Origin: a virus
Lineage: Duplodnaviria > Caudoviricetes
DNA length: 57,374 nucleotides
Strand: one strand, 5' to 3'
Virus record (IMG/VR): IMGVR_UViG_3300005805_000103
Location: 1 to 57,374 of that record
Position 1 is the first letter of the stretch, and every line of letters starts with the position of its first letter. The translations under genes and the position numbers were made by a program. The notes beneath the pieces were generated by a model, which saw only the letters and a program-made list of their open reading frames with translations, did not search any database and was not told the DNA's origin. This document shows, piece after piece, positions 19,557 through 28,754 of the stretch.

Positions 19557-21320
19557 ATGATCGGGAAAGCATTCGCTAAAGGAGTTGCTAAGAAGACAAC
19601 CGGCATCGTTGCCCGTAAGGCAGCGTCGGTTGCTGACGACGTGGCAGAAGAAGTTGTCGAAGAGCCTGTAAAGAAGGCTCTGGTAGCCTCTAAAACGCCG
19701 TCTAAGACGACAAAAGCTGCCGAGCCTACTCCGACCCCTGCCGAAGAGCCAATGCCCGTCTTTGGGTCTGCATTGTCGGAAGAGGATCGTGCGCTTTTAA
19801 ATGAGACAATGCTTGCCAAGCAAACCGAAGAAGCCCTGCCTGCACCCACTAGCACACCTGAGTCGCCCTACAACTTCCCCAACAAAGTCTTCACCGATCA
19901 GCAATACATTGGTGCCGAAACCGCATTGGAAGATAGTTTTTTAATGCCAAGCATGTATGCGAATCTCAAAGCCAATAAAGAGAAGTTTGCTAATGAGCTT
20001 CAAAAGAAAGCTCAGAAGCTCTACGGTAAACCGGGCGAAGATGTGCCGATGCCCTACGACATTCAGTCGAAGGCTAAAACCGTAGACGAAGCCATTACTG
20101 AAGTTGAAGCTGCAAAGGCTCAGAAGCCTTTTAGCGATATTACGGGTGAAGAAGATGTGCTGCCGACATCAACGATTGACCGCAAGAAAAGCATTTTCTC
20201 TGGAAAGCTTGGTACCAGTACCGGGGCAGAAAGCAATAAGGTGTTGGAAGAAATTCGTCAGTTGCGCGAAGAAAACTACAAGACTTTGTTGAATATGCCG
20301 CAGGCTCAGAAATATGATGAGCCAGTATTAGATGTTGCATTGGGTGAGTTTAGGCATAAATATGGATATGAATTTGATCCTGCCATTCGTCGCGACAACA
20401 AGCGCATTACATCATTGATGGACGAAAAACAAAAAAAATATGATGTCTTGAAAAAGAAATATGCCGACACCCCTGATATCACCATCTATCACGGTGGCAG
20501 CAGGGAAAAGATTGCGTCAATTGTAGACACCGGTTTCCGTCGTCCATCGTTATCAAAGCGCACAGCGCAACAAGAACTGCGCACTGGTGCAACGTCAATG
20601 ACTCGCGACGTTGCTCTCAATTTCAATCCCGCAACAGGCTTTGGTGGCACTGCTGGAAATGTCTTAGAAGCAAAGATGCCGTATGCCGACTACGTGTTTA
20701 CTCGCGTAAACATGACGCCTACTGAATATAAAAACAAAGACTTAGACGCCACGGCTCGCACTATCACCGGGTCACCAACAGGCACTCGTGCTCTTCAATT
20801 GCCGCGTACATCTGGTTTCTTTGAAACAGAATCGGCTTACATTGAATCCGACAAGATGAAGATGGCAAGAAACATCGAAGGATTTACAAAGAAAAAAGAA
20901 ATCATCGATGAGTTTACAGAAAACAAACGCAAGCTTCAAGATAAGATTAATGATGAAGTTGTAAAGTTTGTTGGTGGCTATCAGCGCAAAATGACGAAGA
21001 AAGAAGCGATGCAGGGGTATTCTCTTGTTCGTGACTATATTCAGAATGCCGGTAAATTGGGTCAAGTGTCAAATGTAAAGAGCGGCATTGGTGAATCGTA
21101 TGAAAACGCAATGGCATCATTGTTTTATCGACAAGACTATCTCAAGTTATTGAGGGATGCTTTGAGTCAATATGGCTCGCCCGAAAAAGCATTGAATGTA
21201 TCGAGGCTCGTTGACATATCAGAGCGTGCTATGAACATGGGCACTGATACAAAGATTGGAAGTGACGCGCTAAAACTAGCCGACAAATTCAAAGAAGGCG
21301 GTCTAGTACGACGCAAATGA
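19557..21320 (+). CDS. Probable internal virion protein with putative ADP-ribosyltransferase-like domain
   Basis: IYHG...ATSMTRD...GNVLEAKMP...ETESAYI motif order at ~20478-20845; C-terminal FKEGGLV. Confidence 0.5.
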   Translation: MIGKAFAKGVAKKTTGIVARKAASVADDVAEEVVEEPVKKALVASKTPSKTTKAAEPTPTPAEEPMPVFGSALSEEDRALLNETMLAKQTEEALPAPTSTPESPYNFPNKVFTDQQYIGAETALEDSFLMPSMYANLKANKEKFANELQKKAQKLYGKPGEDVPMPYDIQSKAKTVDEAITEVEAAKAQKPFSDITGEEDVLPTSTIDRKKSIFSGKLGTSTGAESNKVLEEIRQLREENYKTLLNMPQAQKYDEPVLDVALGEFRHKYGYEFDPAIRRDNKRITSLMDEKQKKYDVLKKKYADTPDITIYHGGSREKIASIVDTGFRRPSLSKRTAQQELRTGATSMTRDVALNFNPATGFGGTAGNVLEAKMPYADYVFTRVNMTPTEYKNKDLDATARTITGSPTGTRALQLPRTSGFFETESAYIESDKMKMARNIEGFTKKKEIIDEFTENKRKLQDKINDEVVKFVGGYQRKMTKKEAMQGYSLVRDYIQNAGKLGQVSNVKSGIGESYENAMASLFYRQDYLKLLRDALSQYGSPEKALNVSRLVDISERAMNMGTDTKIGSDALKLADKFKEGGLVRRK

Positions 21321-21345
21321 AAAAGCCCCCGAAAGGGGGCTTCTT
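21320..21345. terminator. Bidirectional terminator between converging arms
   Basis: AAAAAGCCCCC-GAAA-GGGGGCTTCTT between convergent genes. Confidence 0.85.
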
Positions 21346-21347
21346 AC

Positions 21348-21545
21348 TTATTGCAACGGACTACCGGCAAATACGCTGTCTGGTATTTCCTCGTCGTCGT
21401 CTATATTTAGTTCGTCAATAGCATACAAAGTCTCGGCAAGTAGTTGCATTGTCTGTGCTTTTGTAAGCCCCGTACTCACCTTCAGATCAAGGCTATCTGC
21501 GGTAGCGCTGATAATGATAGTGCCTTCAATATCGTCATTGTCCAC
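21348..21545 (-). CDS. Acidic hypothetical protein
   Basis: 65 aa ORF in operon context. Confidence 0.55.
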   Translation of the reverse strand: MDNDDIEGTIIISATADSLDLKVSTGLTKAQTMQLLAETLYAIDELNIDDDEEIPDSVFAGSPLQ

Positions 21546-21717
21546 TTCGTTGCTTTCTGTCTAGATTGTCGAAGTAGGCTCGGTCAAAGCCTCGCTGCCA
21601 TTCTTTACCTTTGAGGCTGTCAGGATTGTACTTTGACACAATCCATCCGCGAGAAAAGGCGTAGTAGCCTTCTTTGAAGGCGAAGGCAGATTCCTTAGAG
21701 ATGAAGTCCTTGCTCAT
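21535..21717 (-). CDS. Rmf-like small protein
   Basis: AFKEGYYAF..G....YNP......EWQRGF pattern of ribosome-modulation-factor-like phage proteins. Confidence 0.5.
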   Translation of the reverse strand: MSKDFISKESAFAFKEGYYAFSRGWIVSKYNPDSLKGKEWQRGFDRAYFDNLDRKQRSGQ

Positions 21718-22202
21718 AGCATTGGTTGAAGTTGTGAAATAGGAAGATTGTAACAGTCTGCTTTGACAGTGTATTTGTTGTCAGCATCCAATTGTCCTTT
21801 CTTCATGAAGACAGCGTCTTTAAAGAACTGACTCTTCGAGTATACGCCACACCACCATCCCACTGTCAAGTCTTTTTTAACACGAATGAATGCGTAATAG
21901 TCGCATTGCTGCTTCGTGTTGAAGTTGGCAACGCTGTTGCTGTAGTGCGGCAGCGGGGCAACAGAGGTTGACTTCGATTTCACATCTACTTTTATACCAT
22001 CTACGACAAGATCGTAGTCATAGGTGTTTTCCTCAACAACATTCTTTCCGTTGTCTCGGAACACTTTCGCTGCCACTTCCTCGCCAATGAAGCCAACGAG
22101 ATTGCCCATGCCCGCTGTAATGCTGTTGTTGAGCTTTCCCATCTCCTTTGCTTTCTTGCGAGAGCGATTGATCATGTCGTCTGTTATATCCACCTCAATC
22201 AT
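21714..22202 (-). CDS. PD-(D/E)xK nuclease-like protein
   Basis: GFIGEEV...YDYDLVVDGIKVDVKSK. Confidence 0.55.
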   Translation of the reverse strand: MIEVDITDDMINRSRKKAKEMGKLNNSITAGMGNLVGFIGEEVAAKVFRDNGKNVVEENTYDYDLVVDGIKVDVKSKSTSVAPLPHYSNSVANFNTKQQCDYYAFIRVKKDLTVGWWCGVYSKSQFFKDAVFMKKGQLDADNKYTVKADCYNLPISQLQPML

Positions 22203-22398
22203 CTGCCATCTCCCGACGATCCATGAATTCGCCGATGTGAATCGTCAGGAAAGGCACCTTGATCAGCAAGCCGACAAAGCATATCAATCCCTCTTCTTCT
22301 CGCCCTTTTTCATCTATTAGACCAACGCGATAACAAATTTCTTCGTTATGCTCGATATCTAAGCCTATACCGAGGCGGAAGCGAACTAAGATTTCCAT
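22195..22398 (-). CDS. Hypothetical protein
   Basis: 67 aa ORF overlapping both neighbours. Confidence 0.55.
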   Translation of the reverse strand: MEILVRFRLGIGLDIEHNEEICYRVGLIDEKGREEEGLICFVGLLIKVPFLTIHIGEFMDRREMADD

Positions 22399-23165
22399 TA
22401 GCGACTCTTTTTAAATTGTTTATCAATGTCTGCTACAGTGACAAGCGGATCGCCCCTCACAAGCTCTTCCTCAAAGGCAACAACGAAGTCTCGTGTGATG
22501 CCGCTTCGAACAATGTCGTCCCGTGTGAATTTCACAAAGCCAACGTCGTCGATGTTGTATCGTAGCACAAGTTGCTCAAGGTATGTCAACCCGTCTGTGC
22601 CGACGCGAACATCTGTTTGCGTACCGCTGTTGTCACCACAGAAAATCATCTGACTGTTGTCGCCAATGCGAGTGACAAGCGCTTGCACTTCGGGAACGAA
22701 CAATGACTGCGCTTCGTCTACGATGATGATGGCACGCTCCCATGAGCGTCCACGAATAGTTTCAAGCGAACAGATTTCAATAACCTTTTGTTTAAGATAG
22801 ATTTCAACCGTCGCTTTGCCGAGGTAGTCTTCGAAGTAGTCAATCATTTGCTGATAATACGGCATCAGCTTTTCGTCGAGACTACCCGGCAGGAAACCAA
22901 TGCTACGTCCTGCCAACGGCTGATATGCACGAATAAGCACAACCTTTTTGACATCATTGTGATGCAGCTTTTTAGCCGCATGGTGACACGCAATGATGGT
23001 TTTTCCTGTACCGGCGCTACCGGCAGCTACTACAAGCGTATTTTGTCGCAATAAATCAAGAAGTATTTTTTGATTATCGTTTCGAGGCGTCAGCGTTGGA
23101 AATGTTTCTCGAACAAACTTTTCCTTTTTAACCCGTTCAGTTGTCACCTTTTCTGCTCGTTTCAT
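22398..23165 (-). CDS. phoH: PhoH-family ATPase
   Basis: GSAGTGKT Walker A, IGFLPG, RGRS, IIVDEAQ, TRIG, GD, DIVRSG. Confidence 0.92.
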   Translation of the reverse strand: MKRAEKVTTERVKKEKFVRETFPTLTPRNDNQKILLDLLRQNTLVVAAGSAGTGKTIIACHHAAKKLHHNDVKKVVLIRAYQPLAGRSIGFLPGSLDEKLMPYYQQMIDYFEDYLGKATVEIYLKQKVIEICSLETIRGRSWERAIIIVDEAQSLFVPEVQALVTRIGDNSQMIFCGDNSGTQTDVRVGTDGLTYLEQLVLRYNIDDVGFVKFTRDDIVRSGITRDFVVAFEEELVRGDPLVTVADIDKQFKKSR

Positions 23166-23176
23166 TTGATCCCTAT

Positions 23177-23210
23177 AAAAAAAGCCGCTGAAGGTTTCCC
23201 GACAGCGGCT
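23177..23210 (-). terminator. Intrinsic terminator after RNR
   Basis: Minus strand AGCCGCTG...CAGCGGCT followed by a T run. Confidence 0.7.
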
Positions 23211-23229
23211 CTGTTATATCACTGGATCA

Positions 23230-25146
23230 TTATCGAATCGGACAAGCACCGCTTGCGCATTCACTATCGTCCAAGCCAATATTGGCTTCCTCGACAGCGG
23301 TGATGAGTCGAGTGCTTGCAACCAGTTGGTTGTATTGCTCTTCGGTAATTTCTTCAAGCGGCGCTTGCTTAAATCCATGTTCCGAATGCAACAGAAACGA
23401 CAAACTCTTGTGTGAATTTTTGTAATACTTCTTCAGATACTTGCGAATCTCAGGAAGCTCTTCCTTGCGATAGTAGACGGTGCAACTAACGCTGTTGTCA
23501 CTCCAGTTCTCTTGCAACCACTTAATCGTCTCAAGCTGATCGATGGCAGTCATGTCCTTTGCCAACATCGCGTGATCGGGATGGCGGAAGGGGAACGACA
23601 CCACCACCGTGCTGTGGTCTTCGCTGCCGTCGAAGTTCTGCTGATACTCGACGTGGTAGCCGTGGTCACGACACACCTGCACAAGCGGGTGGTTGCTGCT
23701 GATACGAATACGACGAATCATGAAGCGAGCATATGCAGGATGGCATCCCGGCGTCACACCCGGCAACAACGACAGCGTGCCAGAGGGCTTCACCGTGGTC
23801 AGCTTCACCGACTCAGGGAAGTTGTGTTCTTCGCTGTACTTCTTGTCGAAGGCACGAAGCTCGTCATAGGCACGACGCAGCCAACCCTTCTGCTCTTCCG
23901 TAGCCTGCAACACGCCAGTGACCCCGATGCCCATGCGCATGTTGGCATGCACAATGGCTTCCGTTTCCTTCAGGTGGCACGGCAGCGCAAGCGAATGCTT
24001 GTTGATGCGATAGAGCAGCGTTGCCACATCGACAAACTCTTCGTAGCTCGTGATGTTGGGCAGGAAGATTTCAGCAAGGCAGCAGGTTTCTTTGTCAGCA
24101 AGGCTTTGTTCGGCACAGGGGTTGTAGCCTTGCACCTTTGGGTCAGGATAGCGGGTGTCGCCAAGCAGACCAATCTTGCGTGACAGCTTCAGGTTGATCA
24201 GACCATACGGCTCGCCCTTGCCTTCGTAACCATCCCAGAAGAAGTCATGAAGGTCGGTCACGTCGTGGCACACCACGCTGTTGTTCGACATTGCACGCCA
24301 CGACGGAATGTTGCCCATGTCCCAACGCTTTGCCAACAGATATTCGACGTCGTCAGGATCACCGATGGCAATCTGTGCCGAGCGACGAACGTTGCCTGCC
24401 ACCACGACAGCGCCAATGATGTTCATCAAATCAAGGGCGTCAATGGGACGAAGCTTCTTACCGGCACGCTTTTCCAGCACCTTGCCAATCTCGGTGATGC
24501 CCCACACCAAATCTTCAGGACCGGAAGCGGTGCCGCCGAAGCCCTTAATCGGAGCGCCCTTAGAGCGGATGAGTTGCGTCGAGTAGGTGAAGGTTTGCTT
24601 GCCACTCTTGTGCGCAAGGAAAGCCGCCTTGAGCGTTTTGCCAAGCAATGCCACCCATCCTTCACGGCTGTCAGGGACGATGAAGTCTGCGTCAGGCTTG
24701 TCCGTGCGCAGCGGCACTTTGAAGTCAGCATTCACCACAGGCAGCTTGTCGATGTTTTCTTTTTGGATGTTGTAGCCTACGCCACTACCCAACATCAGCA
24801 GGTCCATTGCCCACGTAAACGGCTCTACCGGCTTGTCAACGACGGTGAAGGCGCAATTTTGCAGCGACGACAGACCAAGACGACCAACGGTGTCGGTGCC
24901 AAGCTGCCACAGGAAGCGACCGGCTACGGTGCCCTTCAGTTCGAGCATATAGCGCTTCAGACGCGTTTTTTCGTCGTAGGTGAAGCCACACCCTAGCTGC
25001 TCGTTAGAAGCGTTTAGAACGCGATCTACGGTGTCTTCGAATTCTTCGGTAGCGCTGTTAATATCTTGTTCGTTAAGACGACGGGAATAAGTGCGCTTAT
25101 ACGTGAGGTAGCCAACTGACGACCACGGGGTGTTGATTTTTTCCAT
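23230..25146 (-). CDS. nrdJ: Class II (adenosylcobalamin-dependent, monomeric RTPR-type) ribonucleotide reductase
   Basis: YKRTYSR, GRFLWQLG, LQNC, DSREGW, VVAGNVRRSA, NPCAEQ, TCCLAE, TTVKPSGT, C-terminal CASGACPIR; no small-subunit gene. Confidence 0.93.
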   Translation of the reverse strand: MEKINTPWSSVGYLTYKRTYSRRLNEQDINSATEEFEDTVDRVLNASNEQLGCGFTYDEKTRLKRYMLELKGTVAGRFLWQLGTDTVGRLGLSSLQNCAFTVVDKPVEPFTWAMDLLMLGSGVGYNIQKENIDKLPVVNADFKVPLRTDKPDADFIVPDSREGWVALLGKTLKAAFLAHKSGKQTFTYSTQLIRSKGAPIKGFGGTASGPEDLVWGITEIGKVLEKRAGKKLRPIDALDLMNIIGAVVVAGNVRRSAQIAIGDPDDVEYLLAKRWDMGNIPSWRAMSNNSVVCHDVTDLHDFFWDGYEGKGEPYGLINLKLSRKIGLLGDTRYPDPKVQGYNPCAEQSLADKETCCLAEIFLPNITSYEEFVDVATLLYRINKHSLALPCHLKETEAIVHANMRMGIGVTGVLQATEEQKGWLRRAYDELRAFDKKYSEEHNFPESVKLTTVKPSGTLSLLPGVTPGCHPAYARFMIRRIRISSNHPLVQVCRDHGYHVEYQQNFDGSEDHSTVVVSFPFRHPDHAMLAKDMTAIDQLETIKWLQENWSDNSVSCTVYYRKEELPEIRKYLKKYYKNSHKSLSFLLHSEHGFKQAPLEEITEEQYNQLVASTRLITAVEEANIGLDDSECASGACPIR

Positions 25147-25215
25147 AAGTTCCTTTGATTAGAGACGAAAACGCCGACGTGATGTCGGCGTCGGGGGAGG
25201 ATGTTATAGCAAAAG

Positions 25216-25533
25216 CTACCGATTGTCGCCGCTGCCCCCAATGACACCACGGTCTTTTCGGCTTTGCAGCTTAGCAAGATTCGCGCCAGCTACGTCTTGT
25301 AGACTGAATCCGTTATAGAAGGCAATGGTGGCAACAAACCACAAAACGTCGCCAAGCTCCTTGCGGATGGCAATGGGGTCGCTGCTTTTGCTGTCTCGAA
25401 CCTGCTTTGCAAACAGGCTCAGAAGCTCGCCCACTTCACCGGCAAGACCCGGTAACAAGTAAGCATTGGTCTTTGCAGACGGCAGCGCTAGCTTCCATGC
25501 TTCTTCTTGATACGTGTCGAAATTAAATTCCAT
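25216..25533 (-). CDS. MazG-like nucleotide pyrophosphohydrolase
   Basis: Start MEFNFDTYQ; GLAGEVGE, KELGDVLWF, NLAKLQSR. Confidence 0.88.
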   Translation of the reverse strand: MEFNFDTYQEEAWKLALPSAKTNAYLLPGLAGEVGELLSLFAKQVRDSKSSDPIAIRKELGDVLWFVATIAFYNGFSLQDVAGANLAKLQSRKDRGVIGGSGDNR

Positions 25534-26155
25534 CGTAGGCTCCGAAGATATTGGGGATGTGGTCAGCCAAAACTGCTTTACATTGCCACGCAAGTTCACG
25601 ATGTTCCTTTTGTGTTGACGGATCAGTACGCACCTCGATGAAGTGCAACCAACTGCGAATGGTGCCGCTCATGTACATGCGACTTGTCGTTAGCCCTTCC
25701 GGCAACACCTTGCGAGCGACTTCCTTGGCAATGCCAACATTCAATGCGTTTTCGTATGCTGTTTTTGCAGCACGAATTACGTCTTGTTGTTGTTCTTGCC
25801 AAAACCGCTGTAGCTCTCGGTCCTGTACGTCGATGCTGTTTTGTCGATTCTTTTCGTCTTGTAGCCGAGCTTCCGCAAGTTCATAGCCATCTGCCACAGC
25901 GTAGCGTTGACTAAATTCTTGAAAGCTGAAACTACGATGACGCAAGACTTGACGGGCAATATCGCGAGTTGTCTCAATCTCAAGGCAGGCCGATGCCATC
26001 TCGAACGGACTCCAATGCTTATGCTTCATGAGATATTTCAGCAGCTTTGGAGCCGTCGCTTCGTTGTTCTGATTCGCCGGGTTGCTGACGCGAGCGCAAT
26101 AGGCAATGGCTCGTTCAGCTTCCGGCGTAATCCAGACTAGCTTGACGCTACTCAT
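25523..26155 (-). CDS. thyX: FAD-dependent thymidylate synthase
   Basis: HWSPFE, RQVLRHRSFSFQEFSQRY, AKEVARKVLP, TQKEHR. Confidence 0.95.
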   Translation of the reverse strand: MSSVKLVWITPEAERAIAYCARVSNPANQNNEATAPKLLKYLMKHKHWSPFEMASACLEIETTRDIARQVLRHRSFSFQEFSQRYAVADGYELAEARLQDEKNRQNSIDVQDRELQRFWQEQQQDVIRAAKTAYENALNVGIAKEVARKVLPEGLTTSRMYMSGTIRSWLHFIEVRTDPSTQKEHRELAWQCKAVLADHIPNIFGAYDGI

Positions 26156-26427
26156 TCGTCGTTACCACCGTAGCTTTCTTTTTCGGTATCGTATTCTTGC
26201 ATGACGAATTCGCGAATAGGTTTTGTAGTAACCTCATCGCGAATATCATAGCCAAAAACAGACGACAGGAAGTTTAGAAACCGAGAATGAATCTCTGTCC
26301 AAAACATGGTGTCGTCATCGTGCCGAGCATTGAATCGATATTCAATATGCCGGCCGTCTTCGGGATTTACATAGGTGAATGTATATGTCCCGTTGGCGTT
26401 GTCATCAAAAAAAGGATTACGACTCAT
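26152..26427 (-). CDS. Hypothetical protein
   Basis: Likely start MSRNPFF; FLNFLSSVFGY motif. Confidence 0.55.
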   Translation of the reverse strand: MSRNPFFDDNANGTYTFTYVNPEDGRHIEYRFNARHDDDTMFWTEIHSRFLNFLSSVFGYDIRDEVTTKPIREFVMQEYDTEKESYGGNDE

Positions 26428-26641
26428 TTTTGTTTTCTCCTTCAAACAAGTCCATCTGTGTATTGTCTTGCGGCATGATTTCGCCCTTCACCGCAAGATT
26501 CTTACCTTCTTCGATGCCGCGCTTCAGAGCCTCAATGATTGCCCAACGCATCAGCGACTGACGCTCTTCATCAGTCATCTCAAAGCTATAGTCGGCGCTG
26601 CCATCAGGGTTTTCTTTAATCAGCACTACTTCCATCTTCAT
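26417..26641 (-). CDS. Hypothetical protein
   Basis: ENPDGSA motif; operon context. Confidence 0.6.
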   Translation of the reverse strand: MKMEVVLIKENPDGSADYSFEMTDEERQSLMRWAIIEALKRGIEEGKNLAVKGEIMPQDNTQMDLFEGENKNES

Positions 26642-26861
26642 TCTCCTTTACTTGTTCAAGAAATTCAGCACGCTGTGATTGGGTGCTATAGTACATAGTT
26701 ATCAAAGTATACAATGCATCTTTGACAGGGCGCATCCATTTCAAATCTTCCGGGTGCGGCGTTCTCTTGAGGTCACTGTTCACCATGAAATAATGTTCGA
26801 CAAGTTGTGCTCGAAACACCTCGTCAAACAGATCGTCGTTGATATCAATTTTTATTTTCAT
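26616..26861 (-). CDS. Hypothetical protein
   Basis: 81 aa ORF, RBS AGGAGA. Confidence 0.55.
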   Translation of the reverse strand: MKIKIDINDDLFDEVFRAQLVEHYFMVNSDLKRTPHPEDLKWMRPVKDALYTLITMYYSTQSQRAEFLEQVKENEDGSSAD

Positions 26862-27252
26862 TCTTTCTCTCCTTGCGTTCCAGTGCTGTCTTATCAGAAT
26901 GACAGGGTTTGCACAGCACTTGCAGCCCTTCAGCCTCGCAGAACATTCGTTCTACATAGGTGTTCCAGTCAACGAATCCAACTATTGTATCCACAACAGG
27001 ACTGATGTGATCAACAACCACATTGGCAGCAGGGAAATTTGCCTTACATTTTGCGCATTTGTAATGCTGTGCAAGCTTTCCTGTTTCTTTGTTTATCGTC
27101 TTGCCAACAAGTGCATCCTTCATCACTGCCCATTTGACAGGCCACCGACGGGACGCTGCTCGCAATGCGCTGACGACAAACGAACGAAACCGTGCCTCTG
27201 TCCATTCACCACCATTGCGTGTTTTAGAAGGGGTATTGCTCTTCTTCTTCAA
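26845..27252 (-). CDS. HNH-like zinc-binding endonuclease
   Basis: CAKC...VDHISP...LQVLCKPCHSDKT. Confidence 0.8.
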   Translation of the reverse strand: MKKKSNTPSKTRNGGEWTEARFRSFVVSALRAASRRWPVKWAVMKDALVGKTINKETGKLAQHYKCAKCKANFPAANVVVDHISPVVDTIVGFVDWNTYVERMFCEAEGLQVLCKPCHSDKTALERKERKNENKN

Positions 27253-27589
27253 GATCGGTTTGCAGGATGAACATCAGGCTGCACATCGCATGAGCGAGAT
27301 GCGGCAGTCCTGATTCGGGGTCATTGAATTCCCCGCTACGGTATGCCCAAATGTGGCGCTGTGCTGCATCGAAATATCGATTGTGCAAGTCGTCAACGTA
27401 TTTCCAATTGTCAGCGCTGTACTTGTTTGCGCCATACGTCAACACCTCAACCATCTTTTCAAGCGATTCAGGCTTCAAGAGTCCGTATCGCGGCTTGTTG
27501 GTGTCGTATTTGCGACCGAGTTCTTTCGGCTGCGTGATGCCTTTTTCGGCAAAGAGGTCGCTAAGTGTCTTTTGTTCGGGGGAAGCCAC
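27224..27589 (-). CDS. dATP/dGTP diphosphohydrolase-domain protein (DUF5664-like)
   Basis: GRKYDTNKPRY..VLTYGANKY...NW...RH....GE..DPESGLPHLAHA. Confidence 0.8.
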   Translation of the reverse strand: MASPEQKTLSDLFAEKGITQPKELGRKYDTNKPRYGLLKPESLEKMVEVLTYGANKYSADNWKYVDDLHNRYFDAAQRHIWAYRSGEFNDPESGLPHLAHAMCSLMFILQTDLEEEEQYPF

Positions 27590-28257
27590 AGTTCATTTTC
27601 CTTTCTTCGAAGATAGAGAAGCTGTGCGTTTTCAATAACGCGATCTTCGTTGCCATCATAAGCTTCGACGCATGCGTTGTACATATCCATCTCTTCGGTG
27701 TAGCCTTCGAGCAACGCTTCAGCACGCTTTGGACCGACACCAGAGATGCCGATGATGTTGTCAGCAGTGTCACCCATCAATATCTGCATGTACAGAAATC
27801 GAAGTCCGCTTTCGGGCGTGACATAGAAGTGTTCGCGCTTGACGAAGTTGTAATGATGTCCCGGTACCTGTCGAAAGTCTTTGTCGATGCTGATGATGAC
27901 ACATGCGCCAACATTCGTTGTTGCTTCGATGGCAATTGCATCGTCAGCTTCTTGACCTTCGGTAATGACAGCACCCCATTGCTTGACAAGATGTTCTCTG
28001 ACAGCAGGCAAATGCTCCGGCTTTGGTGCGGTGCGATTACCTTTGTATGGGACAGTGGTTGCAATTTGTTTACGGAAGTTATTGCTGCCCGTTAGAAACA
28101 GCTTCCACTTGTCATAGAACACTTCACCGTCATCGCAGTGAAGAAGGGCGTCAACTACGATGCTGTCCACAGTGAACAGCGCAGCAGTGACGCCCTCTTC
28201 TTTACAAGCTGCTGCGGCTCGATATGCCATTACATCCGAGTCCAGCAACGCTATCAT
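27475..28257 (-). CDS. 5'-3' exonuclease (T7 gp6/RNase H-like)
   Basis: LLDSD, NFRKQI...YKGNR, EADD, IDKD, GDTADNIIGI.GVGPK. Confidence 0.9.
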   Translation of the reverse strand: MIALLDSDVMAYRAAAACKEEGVTAALFTVDSIVVDALLHCDDGEVFYDKWKLFLTGSNNFRKQIATTVPYKGNRTAPKPEHLPAVREHLVKQWGAVITEGQEADDAIAIEATTNVGACVIISIDKDFRQVPGHHYNFVKREHFYVTPESGLRFLYMQILMGDTADNIIGISGVGPKRAEALLEGYTEEMDMYNACVEAYDGNEDRVIENAQLLYLRRKENELWLPPNKRHLATSLPKKASRSRKNSVANTTPTSRDTDS

Positions 28258-28664
28258 TACAGCACTTCTTCGTCGTCCAGATTGCCGGAGCCGTTAGACT
28301 CGTACACCACCAGATCAGTGACGACAAGCTTCTTCAGGGACGGCGACACGCCCTTCTTGTTCTTGTACTTCCACTCGTATCCATTGACGATGGCTTTGGC
28401 TTTGCTGCCGTTGCCGATCTTGTCGGTGATGACGTCACCATCTGCATCGAATGCCTTGATGGGGTTGGCAGACTTGCAGGTGATGAATCGACCTTGCCCT
28501 TCTTTCTCGCCAACGGTGATGCCCATTTCTTCAAGGGCAACAACAGCAGCCTCAGACAGATTGCACAGGTTCACCTGATACTTACCCGACATTTCGTTAA
28601 CCTTGTCGAGTTGTGCCCACATGATGTCAGCCTTCAGCTTGACGACGGTTTGAGTATCACTCAT
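28257..28664 (-). CDS. Single-stranded DNA-binding protein (T7 gp2.5-like)
   Basis: Start MSDTQ with RBS AAAGGAA; GKYQVNL, IGNGSKA, acidic C-terminal tail. Confidence 0.75.
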   Translation of the reverse strand: MSDTQTVVKLKADIMWAQLDKVNEMSGKYQVNLCNLSEAAVVALEEMGITVGEKEGQGRFITCKSANPIKAFDADGDVITDKIGNGSKAKAIVNGYEWKYKNKKGVSPSLKKLVVTDLVVYESNGSGNLDDEEVL

Positions 28665-28724
28665 TTGAGTTCCTTTCGGTTGGTTGCGACACAATTTAGC
28701 ACGGTGTCGCTTCGTGTAGACGGC

Positions 28725-28754
28725 ATTATATAGCCACCATTTCTTCGATGTCAA
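28725..28754 (-). promoter_or_regulatory. Sigma70-type promoter for SSB, inside the polymerase 3' end
   Basis: TTGACA-18-TATAAT on minus strand. Confidence 0.75.
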
